64,000 nucleotides of DNA from Eledone cirrhosa. Taxonomy: Eukaryota. Below, piece after piece: positions 1-14,700 of the stretch. The stretch covers positions 262,384,001-262,448,000 of the forward strand of contig OZ024740.1 of the NCBI GenBank assembly GCA_964016885.1. The letters run 5' to 3'. Below the pieces are notes generated by a model. It saw only the letters and a program-made list of their open reading frames with translations, ran no database searches and was not told where the DNA came from. The position numbers were made by a program, and so were the translations under genes. Numbering within the stretch: position 1 is the first letter of the stretch; every line of letters starts with the position of its first letter.

Positions 1-184
1 TATTTTTCTCAAATCCTTCAATACACAAACCTTAATAATTTTTTTCTCTTCGTTAATTTTGAAATTTCCATAATACTTATAAACATACACCCTTTTTTTT
101 GACGTTAGAATATTCATCCGCAATTATTATTTTTTCTCTCTATCATCAAACTTTTTAATCTCAATACATATTAACTCCCTCTCT

Positions 185-624
185 TTCCTCGTACATATTT
201 TTCCCTTCGTTAATTTTCAAATCCTTTTAATTTATACATTATCTTCCAACGGTTTTCAACCTCTCTATGTAAAACAATATATCTTTTCTCAGTTATAAAA
301 ACTATCTCTTTCTCTCTATCACCCATCTCTCCCTCTCCACCTTTCACTCTCATCTCCTCCCCTTTTTTCATCCTTTCCACCCCCCCTCTCTAAATAAAAT
401 ATTTTTCCTCGTACATATTTTTCCCTTCGTTAATTTTCAAATTCTTTTAATTTATACATTATCTTCCAACGGTTTTCAACCTCTCTATGTAAAACAATAT
501 ATCTTCTCTCAGTTATAAAAACTATCTCTTTCTCTCTATCACCGATCTCTCCCTCTCCACCTTCACTCTCATCTCCTCCCCTTTTTTCATCCTTTCCACC
601 CCCCTCTCTAAATAAAATATTTTT
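185..624. repeat. Tandem duplication of a ~220-bp pyrimidine-rich unit
   Basis: ttcctcgtacatatttttcccttcg...ctaaataaaatatttt occurs at ~185-404 and ~405-624 with few differences. Confidence 0.85.
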
Positions 625-721
625 CCCAACATCACACATCAATCTAAAACTACTTTTCATATGTTGATTTAAAACTGCACTATCCACAAGTGTTTTTTAG
701 CCTTCATATCATGTCCTCCTG

Positions 722-788
722 TTTTATCTGATGAAAACACAAATATTATTGCATGATGATGTTTGTTTTTGAAATGCGCATAATAAAA
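722..788 (+). ncRNA. Minimal type I hammerhead ribozyme
   Basis: ttttat-CTGATGA-[long stem II aaacacaaatattatt/gatgatgtttgttttt]-GAAA-tgcgca (palindromic helix III)-TA-ataaaa; helix I ttttat/ataaaa; (TA)n just downstream. Confidence 0.8.
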
Positions 789-838
789 TAGATGAAACTC
801 CTTTAACCATCTTTTGATCTTATATATTATACGTAAAT

Positions 839-899
<61 letters not shown>

Positions 900-968
900 C
901 TGTATATATATATATTTATATAAAGTTTAAGCAATGAATCGCTGCTTTCACCCTTAACAAGATCATCT

Positions 969-1085
<117 letters not shown>

Positions 1086-1103
1086 CACGTTGGTATATAT
1101 ATA

Positions 1104-1186
<83 letters not shown>

Positions 1187-1411
1187 CTGTATATGCGTGC
1201 GTGTGTGTGTCTGTATATGCATAGTTCGAGGAGACAACAAACAGAGGTACAACAAGTCTTACTGGTTTCACGCTTTATATGGAAAAGGGGAAAGAAAGTA
1301 GACGTGTTGGTCGGTAGCCATTCTTGAAGAGTACAAAATTAGAGACAGGATCACCAAGGGGATACAGAAATAAAGGTAGCCCAAGTAAATAAAAACAGAA
1401 TGTATATATAT

Positions 1412-1580
1412 ATAATAATTGTTTCTAATTTTGGCACAAGGCCAGCAATAACCCAGTGTATTACTGGTACTTTATTTTATCAATCCCGTAAGGATGAAAG
1501 GCAAAATTAACCCCGGCAGGATTTGAACTCAGAATGGCAAGGGCCGTAACTCTATGCGTCAAAGCATGGCGTCCGACCCT
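1412..1580 (-). mobile_element. tRNA-derived SINE (family A)
   Basis: Reverse complement of the recurrent body ...gagttcaaatcc(B-box)...gcctttcatccttacgggg...ctggccttgtgccaaaagtagaaacaattatt; 3' end abuts (TA)n. Confidence 0.85.
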
Positions 1581-2015
1581 AAGAGAGATAAACACAGGTA
1601 TATACATATATGTGTTCAAATCATAAGGGACCAGATTCGCTAGGGTGAATAATATACTAACTATGGACAATACGGATCTAGTTGTCGAAACGGCCGGAGC
1701 TCAGCTGTCGGGCTCCTGGCTCTTTTCCTATTATCCACCCTACTACCCTAAGTATCGAGTACTCTGGTGCGTTATTGGTCCACCTGGTATCTTACCATAC
1801 CTTCTTTGTTGTTAGTCCTGTAGAATCTCTTCTATAGTTAGAACGAAAGCCTGTTGAGAAAGTAAGTCCTCCGTTCGATCTTCCAGAAACCTAACTTGTA
1901 TACACCACAAGCGGATTTTGTTGATTTCGGATTTACAGAAACCTCACTTAGATATTCAAGAATTTGGAAGTTACGGTCCAGGTATGTTATATATACAGAT
2001 ATGTGCATATATGTA

Positions 2016-2114
<99 letters not shown>

Positions 2115-2205
2115 GTGTGTGTGTGTATATATATATGTGTGTGTGTGTATATATATATGTGTGTGTGTGTGTATATATATGTGTGTGTGTGTGTATATAT
2201 ATATA

Positions 2206-2256
<51 letters not shown>

Positions 2257-2465
2257 ATGTGTATGTATTTTCTTCTCACTAGTCAGTTCATTCGTAGCTA
2301 CAGATCACGTGGCTGAATTAGCGGCCGCTATTTTCAATTTGCAAAGCCCTTTAAACTGTATGTTATTACTCTCAGGTCTATACTTTGTCGAGTGCTTGGC
2401 TGCACTGCTGAAGGCATAAATTAGCTTAGCTGCTGATCGAACTTCGAATATGCTGTACTTTCATT

Positions 2466-2504
<39 letters not shown>

Positions 2505-2509
<5 letters not shown>

Positions 2510-2952
2510 TAGGTATTTATACGTACATAAATATATGTACACAGACATACAGTAGTATGTATATATATATACATACACGCACACATTTATATATGTACGT
2601 ATGGATTTACCGAACATTTATTATAATGCTCGGTTTGTTTGTGAACAAACATCCCATATTAAGCCGTACAGTGTTTAGCAACCATCGTTGCCCTTTTGTT
2701 CAACACTGGCAAAGGAACGATGTACTAGTTTCAAGCTTATTAGCTATCGTCAGCACTGTACACCTTCCTGCCAGATGATTGAACGTCTGAAAGTATATAC
2801 TTTCCTTATGCATATTAACGGCTGAGCAGTTTTACAAACAAACCGAGCATTATAATAAATGTTCGGTAAACCGATACGTGCATATGTATATATGTTTGCA
2901 TGTATATATATATACATACTACTGTACGTCTGTATACATATATGTATGTACT

Positions 2953-2960
<8 letters not shown>
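2505..2960. mobile_element. Hammerhead-bearing short element (family C) as a head-to-head foldback between (TA)n tracts
   Basis: ~2510-2790 is the reverse complement of 33735-34010; 2832-2955 is an inverted copy of its 3' part; (TA)n on both sides. Confidence 0.75.
2720..2756 (-). ncRNA. Minimal type I hammerhead ribozyme (family C)
   Basis: Minus strand: gtg-CTGACGA-t-agct-aata-agct-t-GAAA-ctag-TA-cat; core and stems II/III identical to 33764-33806, helix I only 3 bp. Confidence 0.7.
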
Positions 2961-2982
<22 letters not shown>

Positions 2983-2983
<1 letters not shown>

Positions 2984-3260
2984 GCAAAAGTTCTATTTAA
3001 ATTGTTGGGATACAAGAAGCAAATATTTTTATAACTGATATAAAGTACTCGACAAATATTTGGAGTAAATATACGATATTAACAAATGGAAACTATATTT
3101 ATAAAACCATATCTATTTTATTATACATATTTCAAGGATACCATGTTAAATTATGGTATGCTTTCATCAGACAAAATACAATATATACCAGTTTTATAAA
3201 TAAATATTGACATACCTTTACAAAATGCAACCGTTACTTTTGGAAGACATCGGGATAGTG
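2983..3260 (-). mobile_element. Hammerhead-bearing short element (family H1)
   Basis: Reverse complement of ~7215-7495; 3' end runs into (TA)n; contains the hammerhead at 3114-3178. Confidence 0.75.
3114..3178 (-). ncRNA. Minimal type I hammerhead ribozyme (family H1)
   Basis: Minus strand: tattttgt-CTGATGA-aagcataccat...atggtatcctt-GAAA-tatgta-TA-ataaaata. Confidence 0.8.
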
Positions 3261-3378
3261 GAGTTGTTTACTTATATTAGTAAGTCATTGTGTTACAGAG
3301 AAGGAAAAAGACGGAGAGAGAGAAAAAACGGAAAGAGAGAAAAGGGAGAAAGAAAGAAAAAAACAAGAAAAAAGAAAA

Positions 3379-3419
<41 letters not shown>

Positions 3420-3420
<1 letters not shown>

Positions 3421-3640
3421 ATGTGTTGGTGTAAATGGTAGCAGAATGGTCCGGATAGCCAAAGATGTGGGTTCGACTCCCATGTACGTCAATACTCATC
3501 TTTTTCCATTTCTCCGAGGGTTCTTAACCCCACTATCAGGCTAAATAATTTCTTTAATTTCTTTAGTCAAAATACGGCGATAGCTTACATTTATAATAAT
3601 TTAAAACCCACTCGCTGTTTCGAAAATATTCTTACTTGAT
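3420..3640 (+). mobile_element. tRNA-headed SINE-like element (family B) embedded in (TA)n
   Basis: 3420-3491 is tRNA-sized with A-box-like TGGTGTAAATGG, B-box GGTTCGACTCC and acceptor-like pairing GATGTGT/GTACGTC; the ~150-bp body recurs at 30555-30772. Confidence 0.7.
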
Positions 3641-4479
3641 ATATATATATATATAGATATATATATATTCATTCGTTTTTAAAGTGATCCGCCTTTGAAG
3701 AAGTAGGGAGAGGTTGTATATTTATATTGTGTAGTATCAATTCTTATCGACTCTCAAAAGAATAGGAGGAACATGGGAGAACTACGTGTTAAATTCAAAA
3801 GTCATTTTGCATCTTTACGAAAGTATGGTCTAATATTTATTTACTGTCAACTGACAATAGTGGACATGTCTGGACCATTCCAGTATAATTCAGTCTAAAC
3901 CTGCTTGCAGATCAGGGAATAATATTTTACATATTGGAAAGGAATTACATCTACTTTTGGCCAGAATAATTTGCATAATTAAAACTGAAAGTTTTAAGGG
4001 AAATATCTGAAATAGGCCTTTGGCATAAATTTGAATAATTAAGTTAAGGGGGTGATGTACAGAATGGTGTATGTAAAATATTCTTAATTTAATAATATTT
4101 CACTGTAAGTTGGAAAGAGAAACCAAAAACCTAGCGGCTATTGTTATACGCACACACACACATACATACACACGAACGCACAAATACTATCCCCCAACAC
4201 ATACATACATACACACACATACACAGAAACACCCCCCTCACACCACGCACATACAAACACATACACTCACCCATACATATATATGAATGAATGTATTTAT
4301 GTGACAGGGTGATTTATGCATGTGTATAATCCGTGTGTTCCTATTCTCATACACACCTGATACTTATATTAATGCAGTTGAAATATAACGGACTTTGTGT
4401 ATTTTATATCACAGTTCGTAAAAATACCACAATTGGTTACAGTATTTCAATGTGCCAATTGTACAGAGGAGGATGATGA

Positions 4480-5275
4480 AACCTTCATCAATTCCGTAAA
4501 TCTACTAGTAAATAGATTGTATTAGAAGCTCAATATGACCGAGGGAAATATATTGCGAGAGTCTTAATTCTAATTCTGACGAGGTCGTTAGAATAAGTGT
4601 CCTTAGGGCATATACCAAATGTCTTGCCTGTCATCATTTGAGTTCTTAAATGTGTGAACTGGACATCATCTATGCTTAGTAAAATCGAGACCTTTCAAAT
4701 CCATAACGGAGGAGGGTCGGACGCCATGCTTTGCCGCATTCAGTTACGGCTCTTTGCGGTCTGAGTTCAAATCCCGCCGAGGTTAACTTTGCCTTTCATC
4801 CTTACGGGGGTCGATAAAATAAACCCCCAATAATGCATAGGGGAAACTGCTGGCCTTATGCCAAAAGTAGAAACAAGTATTATGGTCACGGTCGATTGGC
4901 AGTATCGGTAGAACGGTAGAGTAGAACGCCAAAAGTAGAAACAATTATTTTGTTCATATCAAACCACAAACTACTCGACCATATAAGAATTGTGGATCTA
5001 CTAGAAGCTGCTAAACTAGTTCCTATAATGTGCATCAACAAAATCAATGTCATGAAGGTCTTTGGTCATGTAAAACGTACAGAAGAAGGTATTTCTAAAA
5101 CATGTATGGAGGGCATGGTACAGGATAAAAGAAATAGGGTAGGCCATCGAGACAATGGTTATAAATTCTCTGGTCTAATTTCATATGAACTAAACGAAGC
5201 CATGTAAAATAGTAAACTCTGGAAGGAACTAAGTCATGATATCGCAAAATTGCCTCACATAAAAACAGTGAATCA
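4480..5275 (+). pseudogene. Old, decayed RTE-type LINE 3' fragment interrupted by a SINE
   Basis: Peptide VFGHVKRTEEGISKTCMEGMVQDKRNR(GR) resembles the RTE C-terminal region. Confidence 0.55.
4710..4950 (+). mobile_element. SINE family A copy plus an internally deleted second copy
   Basis: gagggtcggacgccatgc...gagttcaaatcccgccgagg...ccaaaagtagaaacaa, followed by a head and tail joined without a body. Confidence 0.8.
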
Positions 5276-5779
5276 TGATGTAAAGAGGAAGTACAGGGCT
5301 GGTAAATTGGGTGGCATTTGTAATTTTTGCGGTATCTCTTCCAGCACTGTGCGATTTGAGTTCAAGTTCCGCCTAGTGTCACCGGAAAAATCAGTGACGC
5401 TTCAGAAAGTGAAGGCACCTATGATTGTTTCCTGGACTGGGTTGTGCGTTGTACTCTTATTTAAAACATGTAATTTAACGCTGCTCCAATATACTCAAAT
5501 GAAAATGAGTATCAGCAGTAGCTAGGGTAGGGGCTAAACCTGCGACGTCATGTCTAGGGGGAAGTCTTGTACTCCCTGTCGCTTCAGGTCGCAGAAACTG
5601 GGATAAGCATCGGTCAGAGGAGTCTCTGGGCTCGAGACAGACTTCAGACTCAGAAAGGAGTTGCAACCGGACAATAGTATCAACAATGGAAAGACCAATG
5701 GAAACATTGTTTCAATTTTCCTTTAGATCCTTTACATTTCTTGCTGTATACTAAATACGAATATGGTAGGAACGTAAAT

Positions 5780-5965
5780 TATTACTGATTTAGACACAAG
5801 GCCAAGAATTTTGGCGGAGGGGAAGTTGATTAAATTGACCCCAGTAAGGATGAAAGGCAAAGCTAACGTCGGTGGGATTTGAACAAAGAACGTAAAGGGT
5901 TGTAGTTATGTTCTGCAAAATATGTTGTCCGATGCTCTACCGATGCCGCCAACCCTCCACCATTA
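5780..5965 (-). mobile_element. Diverged SINE family A relative
   Basis: cacaaggcca...aggatgaaaggcaaag...ggatttgaac. Confidence 0.6.
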
Positions 5966-6725
5966 TAAGAAACAAACTATAACATTGATTTAAGATATGA
6001 AAAGTTGCATCTATAAGAGCTACAAAATGCAGCGTTAATTGTTGTTGAACCTCAGTTAGTTCTGAACACAAGTGATCCTGCTCGTGAAATATAAATTCAA
6101 GGAGTGGAACAATCCATAAAAACTTGTACCCTTAATGTAGTCCTTTGAGAGATGTGGCGTGACACAGTGTTTGGCATGGCCGACCCTTTGGATTGTACAA
6201 AAAGTACAAACTCATTTTTTCCATTTTTATTGCGCTATGATCATGAAACGAACATCCTAACCACAAAGCCACTCGATTTCACGGCAATAGTGACAACGAC
6301 AATGATGGTAATAATAGGGCGGCTGCTACTGCTGTTTATGCGACTGCTGCTGCTGACACTCATGGTGATGATGAAATAGTTATATTAATCGTAGTAATGG
6401 GTTAGCAGTTAAAAAGGAATAATCGATATAGGAGAGGAAGAAATTGTAGTGGAGTAAGAAGAGATAAAACTGTTTAGTTTTTGTCAAGGCTGATCAAAAG
6501 GAGTTGTGAGCTAAAGGTTATAATAACGTTCTAAAGGGGATTCTTAAAAAAGGAGAAATATATTTCTAGCCACATATATAAATTAACAGACACAGACACA
6601 GACACACATACACACACACACACACACAAATATACAAAGACAGACACAGATACATACACCCATACACATACACATACACATACACAAACACACTTACACA
6701 TAAGGATATATACACACACACAGAC

Positions 6726-6804
<79 letters not shown>

Positions 6805-6956
6805 ATATATATATATATATGTGCGCACACACACACATATATATACATGTATATATATATATATATATGACCATTGAGTGCGCTGAGATACAACCGGTAC
6901 TGGCATTGATATATTCTCTGGGTCCGTCAATCCTTATTATATATATATATATATAT

Positions 6957-7203
6957 ATAATAATTGTTTCTACTTTAGGCACAAGGCCAGCAATTAGCCA
7001 GTGCATTATATATAATAATTGTTTCTACTTTAAGCACAAGGCCAGCAATCACCCAGTACATTACTGGTACTTTATTTTACCGACCCCGTAAGTATGAAAG
7101 GCAAAGTTAACCTCGGCGGGATTTGAACTCAGATCGTTAAGGGACGTAACTATGCTGGAAAGCATGACGTCCGACCCTCTACCGATACTGCCAATCCACC
7201 GCC
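6957..7203 (-). mobile_element. SINE family A, full length with duplicated 3' end
   Basis: Tail ataattgtttctactttaggcacaaggccagc occurs twice (~6957 and ~7013); head ...gccaatccaccgcc. Confidence 0.85.
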
Positions 7204-7214
7204 TTTATATATAA

Positions 7215-7490
7215 TAATGACTATCCGGGAGCTTCCAACCGACATGGTCGCATTCTTTAAGGGTATGTCAATATTTGTTTATAAAACTGATCTATATTAT
7301 ATTTTATCTGATGAAAGCGCACCATAATTTGCTTTGGTGCCCTTGAAATATATATAATGAAATAAATATGGTTTTATAAATATAGTTTCCATTTGTTAAT
7401 ATATTGTATTTTTACTCCAATAATTTGTTGAGTGCTTTATATCAGTTATAAAAATATTTGCTTGTATCCCAACAAATTAAATACAACCTC

Positions 7491-7495
<5 letters not shown>
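7215..7495 (+). mobile_element. Hammerhead-bearing short element (family H1)
   Basis: Homologous to 2983-3260 and 29538-29770; ends cctctaca(TA)n. Confidence 0.75.
7300..7364 (+). ncRNA. Minimal type I hammerhead ribozyme (family H1)
   Basis: tattttat-CTGATGA-aagcgcacca...tggtgccctt-GAAA-tatata-TA-atgaaata; 8-bp helix I. Confidence 0.8.
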
Positions 7496-7559
<64 letters not shown>

Positions 7560-7669
7560 CAATGCAATTCTGAATGTAGTTAAAACATAAATACATACAC
7601 ACATGCACGCATATGTGTATATGTGCGAGTCATCTACATTGGATATATATTTAAGACATGCGCGTATAC

Positions 7670-8058
7670 ACTTGTGTGTATATATATGTGTGCACGTATA
7701 TATATATGTGTGTGTGAATATGTGTGTGCGTGTGTGTGTGTTTGTGTGTGTGTATGTATTTGTGTTTGTATGTGTGAATGTGTGTGTGTGTGTTTGTTTG
7801 TTTGTGTTTATATGTGTGAATGTGTGTGTGTACGTGCGTGTATGTGTGTGTGCGTGCGTGTGCGTGTGTGTGTGTTTGTATGTGTGAACGTGTGTGTGTG
7901 TGTACGTGTGTGTATGTGTTTGTGTTTGTATCTGTGAATGTGTGTGTGTGTGCGCGCGCATGTGTGTGTGTGTGAATATGTGAATATGTGTGTGTGTACG
8001 TGTGTGTATGTGTTTGTGTTTGTATGTGTGAATGTGTGTGTGTGTGTGTGTGTGTGCG

Positions 8059-8142
<84 letters not shown>
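7670..8142. repeat. Degenerate and perfect (TG)n microsatellite
   Basis: Direct reading. Confidence 0.95.
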
Positions 8143-8144
<2 letters not shown>

Positions 8145-8444
8145 TATTGTTGTTATATTTTGTATGGAGCGTTTTCTTACGTGTTTACTTGAAATAACTG
8201 GTAGCAGTTCTCGGGCGTTCTGCAGTTAAGTTTAAATGTATGTTGTCTCTGGCATCAGCCTGTGTCCTATGTATGTTTCTATGATTGTATGTATGTGTCA
8301 GTGTGTGTGTGTGTGTCAGTGTGTATTGCCTCTTGTAACATCGTGTTTCACATGTATGCGTGTGTGGAGTTTGTGTGTGGCCTCGAATCCGCGTGTGTCC
8401 TATGTATGTATGTATGTATGTATGTATGTATGTATGTATGTATA

Positions 8445-10105
<1,661 letters not shown>

Positions 10106-10199
10106 GTATGTATGTATGTATGTATGTATGTATGTATGTATGTATGTATGTATGTATGTATGTATGCATGTATGTACGTATGTATGTATGTACGTATGT

Positions 10200-11020
10200 A
10201 TATATATGTGTGTGTGTGGTGTTTGTGCGGTGTGTGTGTATATACGTGTGTGTGTGTGTGTATGTGTTTGTGGTTTATCTGTGTGTGTTGTATGTGGTGT
10301 TTGTGCGTGTGTGTGGTGTGTGTGTGCGTGTCTATGTTTGTGTGCTGCGTGTGCGGGTTGTCTCTCACGTCAGCATGTGTCCCATGTGTGTGCATATATA
10401 TATATATATATATACGTGTGTGGTGTGTGTGGTGTACGTGTGTGTGTTGATGTGTGTGTGGCGTGTGGTTGTGTATGTCTGTGTGGTGTGTGTGTGGTGG
10501 TTGTGGTGTGTGTGTGTGTGTGGTGTTTGTGGTGTGTGTGTGATGTGTGATGTGTGCTGTGTGGTATTTGTGTGTGGTGTGTGTGTGTGGTGTGTGTGTG
10601 TGGTGTGTGTGTGATGTGTGGTATATGTGTGTGTGTTGGTGTGCTTGTGTGGTGTGTGTGTGTGATGTGTGGTGTGTGTGTGTGATGTCTGGTGTGTAGT
10701 ATTTGTATGTGTTGGTGTGTGGTGTGTGTGTGTGTGATGTGTGGTGTGTGTGGGGTGTGTGTGTGTGATGTGTGGTGTGTGGTATTTGAGTGTGTTGGCT
10801 GTGTGTGTGTGTGTGATGTGTATGGTGTGTGGTGTGTTTGGTGTGTGTGTGGTGTGTGATATGTGTGTGTATGTGATTGTGTGTTTGTGTTTGTGTGTGC
10901 GGTGTTTGTTTATGTGTGTTTGTGTGTGTGGTGTGTGTTGGTGTTGATTGTGTGTGTGTGGAGTGTGTGTTGGTGTGTGTGTGGTATGTGTGTTGTTGTG
11001 TGTGTGGTGCTTGTGTTTTG

Positions 11021-11055
<35 letters not shown>

Positions 11056-11605
11056 GTGTGTGGTGTGTGTGAGTGTGGAATGTGTGTGTATGTGATTGTG
11101 TGTGTGTATGTGTGTGGTGTTTGTTTATGTGTGTTGGTGTGTGGTGTGTGTGTGGTATGTGTGTGGTGTGTGTGACTGTGGTATGTCTGTGTATGTGATT
11201 GTGTGTTGGTGTGTGTGGTGTTTGTTTATGTGTGTTGGTGTATGGTGTGTGGTGTCTGTGTTGGTGTGTGTGTGTGTGTGTGTTGGTGTGTGTATGGTGT
11301 GTGATGTGTTTGTTGGTGTGTGTGTGTTGGTGTGTGTATGGTGTGTGGTGTGTGTTGGTGTGTGTGTGGTGTGTGGTGTCTGTGTTGGTGTGTGTGTGTG
11401 GGTGTGTGTGTACGTTGGTGTGTGTATGGTGTATGGTGTGTGGTGTGTGTGTTGGTGTGTGTATGGTGTATGGTGTGTGGTGTGTGTGTGTGTGTGTGTG
11501 TGTGTGTTGGTGTGTGTGTTGGTGTGTGTGTGTGTGTTGGTGTGTGTTGGTGTGTGTGTGTGTGTCTGTGTTGGTGTGTGTGTGTGGGTGTGTGTGTTGG
11601 TGTGT
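10200..11605. repeat. Degenerate (GT)n/(GGTGT) low-complexity array
   Basis: Direct reading. Confidence 0.9.
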
Positions 11606-11779
11606 GAGGAAAAGATGCAGGTGCTAGCTGGTTGCTATCCCTCGTAGGCATGGTCGGTACCATATCGTCCCGCTTCACTACTCAACAACTATTCCTCAAA
11701 TCGGGAGACTTTGCCTCCAGACCTGCTCCCAGCGACAACCAGATGATGGATCGGTAGCAGCCAATACGACAAAAGATTG

Positions 11780-14700
11780 TGCTGCTGCTGATGATGATGA
11801 TGTTGATTATGGTGCTACTGCTGGTGGTGGTGGCGGTGGTGTTAGTGGTAGTGGTGATGGCAGTGGTGGTGATGGTTGTGGTGGTTGGGATGTTGGTTGT
11901 GTTGGTGGTTGTGGTGGTGATGGTAGTGATTGTAGTGGTGGTGATGGTAGTGGTGGTTGTGATGTTGATTGTGGTGGTGGTTGTGATGGTGATTGTAGTG
12001 GTGGTTGTGGTGGTGATGGTTGTGGTGGTTGTGATGGTGATTGTAGTGGTGTTAGTGGTGGTGATGGTAGTGGTGGTTGTGGTGGTAGTGGTGTTGATGG
12101 TAGTGATTGTAGTGGTGGTGATGGTAGTGGTGGTTGTGATGGTGATTGTAGTGGTGTTAGTGGTGTTGATGGTACTGATTGTAGTGGTGGTGATGGTAGG
12201 GGTGTTTTGGTGGTGATGGTAGTGGTGGTTGTGATGGTGATTGTAGTGGTGGTAGTGGTGTTGATGGTAGTGATTGTAGTGGTGGTGATGGTAGTGGTGG
12301 TTGTGATGGTGATAGGTAGTGGTGTTAGTGGTGGTGATGGTAGTGGTGGTTGTGATGGTGATGGTAGTGGTGGTTGTGGTGGTGATGGTAGAGGTGGTTG
12401 TGGTGGTGATGGTAGTGGTGGTTGTGGTGGTGATGGTAGTGGTGGTTGTGATGGTGATTGTAGTGGTGTTAGTGGTGGTGATTGTAGTGATTGTAGTGGT
12501 GGTGATGGTAGTGGTGGTTGTGATGGTGATTGTAGTTGTGGTTGTGGTGTTGATGGTAGTGATTGTAATGGTGGTGATGGTGGAGGTGGTTGTGATGGTG
12601 ATGGTAGTGGTGGTTGTGATGGTGATTGTAGTGGTGGTTGTGGTGTTGATGGTAGCGATTGTAATGGTGGTGATGGTAGTGGTGGTTGTGATAGCGATGG
12701 TAGTGGTGTTAGTGGTGTTGATGATAGTGGTGGTTGTGATGGTGATTGTAGTGGTGTTAGTGGTGTTGATGATAGTGGTGGTTGTGATGGTGATTGTAGT
12801 GGTGTTAGTGGTGTTGATGGTAGTGATTGTAGTGGTGGTGATGGTAGAGGTGGTTGTGATGGTGATGGTAGTGATTGTAGGGGTGGTGATAGTTGTGGTG
12901 GTTGTGATGGTGATGGTAGTGGTGGTTGTGGTGTTGATGGTAGTGATTGTAGTGGTGGTGATTGTAGTGGTGGTTGTGATGGTGATTGTAGTGGTGTTAG
13001 TGGTGGTGATGGTAGTGATTGTAGTGGTGGTGATGGTAGAGGTGGTTGTGATGGTGATGGTAGTGATCGTAGGGGTGGTGATAGTTGTGGTGGTTGTGAT
13101 GGAGATGGTAGTGGTGGTTGTGGTGTTGTTGGTAGTGATTGTAGTGGTGGTGATGGTAGTGGTGGTTGTGATGGTGATTGTAGTGGTGGTTGTGGTGTTG
13201 ATGGTAGTAATTGTAGTGGTGGTGATGGTAGAGGTGGTTGTGATGGTGATGGTAGTGGTGGTTGTGATGGTGATTGTAGTGGTGGTTGTGGTGTTAATGG
13301 TAGTGATCGTAGGGGTGGTGATAGTTGTGGTGGTTGTGATGGAGATGGTAGTGGTGGTTGTGGTGTTGTTGGTAGTGATTGTAGTGGTGGTGATGGTAGT
13401 GGTGGTTGTGATGGTGATTGTAGTGGTGGTTGTGGTGTTGTTGGTAGTGATTGTAGTGGTGGTGATGGTAGTGGTGGTTGTGATGGTGATTGTAGTGGTG
13501 GTTGTGGTGTTGATGGTAGTAATTGTAGTGGTGGTGATGGTAGAGGTGGTTGTGATGGTGATGGTAGTGGTGGTTGTGATGGTGATTGTAGTGGTGGTTG
13601 TGGTGTTGATGGTAGTGATCGTAGGGGTGGTGATAGTTGTGGTGGTTGTGATGGAGATGGTAGTGGTGGTTGTGGTGTTGTTGGTAGTGATTGTAGTGGT
13701 GGTGATGGTAGTGGTGGTTGTGATGGTGATTGTATTGGTGGTTGTGGTGTTGATGGTAGTGATTGTAGTGGTGGTGATGGTAGAGGTGGTTGTGATAGGG
13801 ATGGTAGTGGTGGTTGTGATGGTGATTGTAGTGGTGGTTGTGGTGTTGATGGTAGTGATTGTAGGGGTCGTGATAGTTGTGGTGGTTGTGATGGTGATGG
13901 TAGTGGTGGTTGTGGTGTTGATGGTAGTGATTGTAGTGGTGGTGATGGTAGTGATTGTAGTGGTGGGGATGGTAGAGTTGGTTGTGGTGGTGATGGTAGT
14001 GATGGTAGTGGTGGTGATGGTAGTGGTGGTTGTGATGGTGATGGTAGTGATTGTAGTGGTGGTGATAGTTGTGGTGGTTGTGATGGTGATGCTAGTGGTG
14101 GTTGTGGTGTTGATGGTAGTGATTGTAGTGGTGGTGATGGTAGTGGTGGTTGTGATGGTAGTGATGGTTTGGATGTTGGTTGTGTTGGTGGTTGTGATGG
14201 TGATGGTAGTAGTGGTTGTGATAGTGATGGTAGTGGTGGTTGTGATGGTGATGGTAGTGGTGATTGTGATGGTGATGGTAGTGATTGTAGTGGTGGTGAT
14301 GGTAGTGATTGTAGTGGTGGTGATGGTAGTGATTGTAGAGGTGGTGATGGTTGTTGTGGTTGTGATGGTGATGGTAGTGGTGGTTGTGGTGTTGATGGTA
14401 GTGATTGTAGTGGTGGTGATGGTAGTGGTGGTTGTGATGGTGATGGTATTGGTGGTGATGGTAGTGATTGTAGTGGTGGTGATAGTAGAGGTGGTTGTAA
14501 TGGTGATGGTAGTGGTGTTAGTTTTGTTGATGGTAGTGATTGTAGTGGTGGTAATGGTAGAGGTGGTTGTGATAGTGATTGTAGTGGTGTTAGTGGTGTT
14601 GATGGTAGTGATTGTAGTGGTGGTGATGGTAGAGTTGTTTGTGGTGGTGATGGTAGTGGTGGGTGTGGTAGTGATGGTAGGGATTGTAGTGGTGGTGATG

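Noticed and set aside
1660-1735. gtcGAAAcggccg motif (relative at ~34279-34323) as a hammerhead
   Set aside because: No CUGANGA core and no UH after the palindrome
3420-3491. Functional tRNA gene
   Set aside because: Several G-U pairs in the acceptor stem, weak anticodon stem, and attached to a dispersed repeat body; treated as a SINE head
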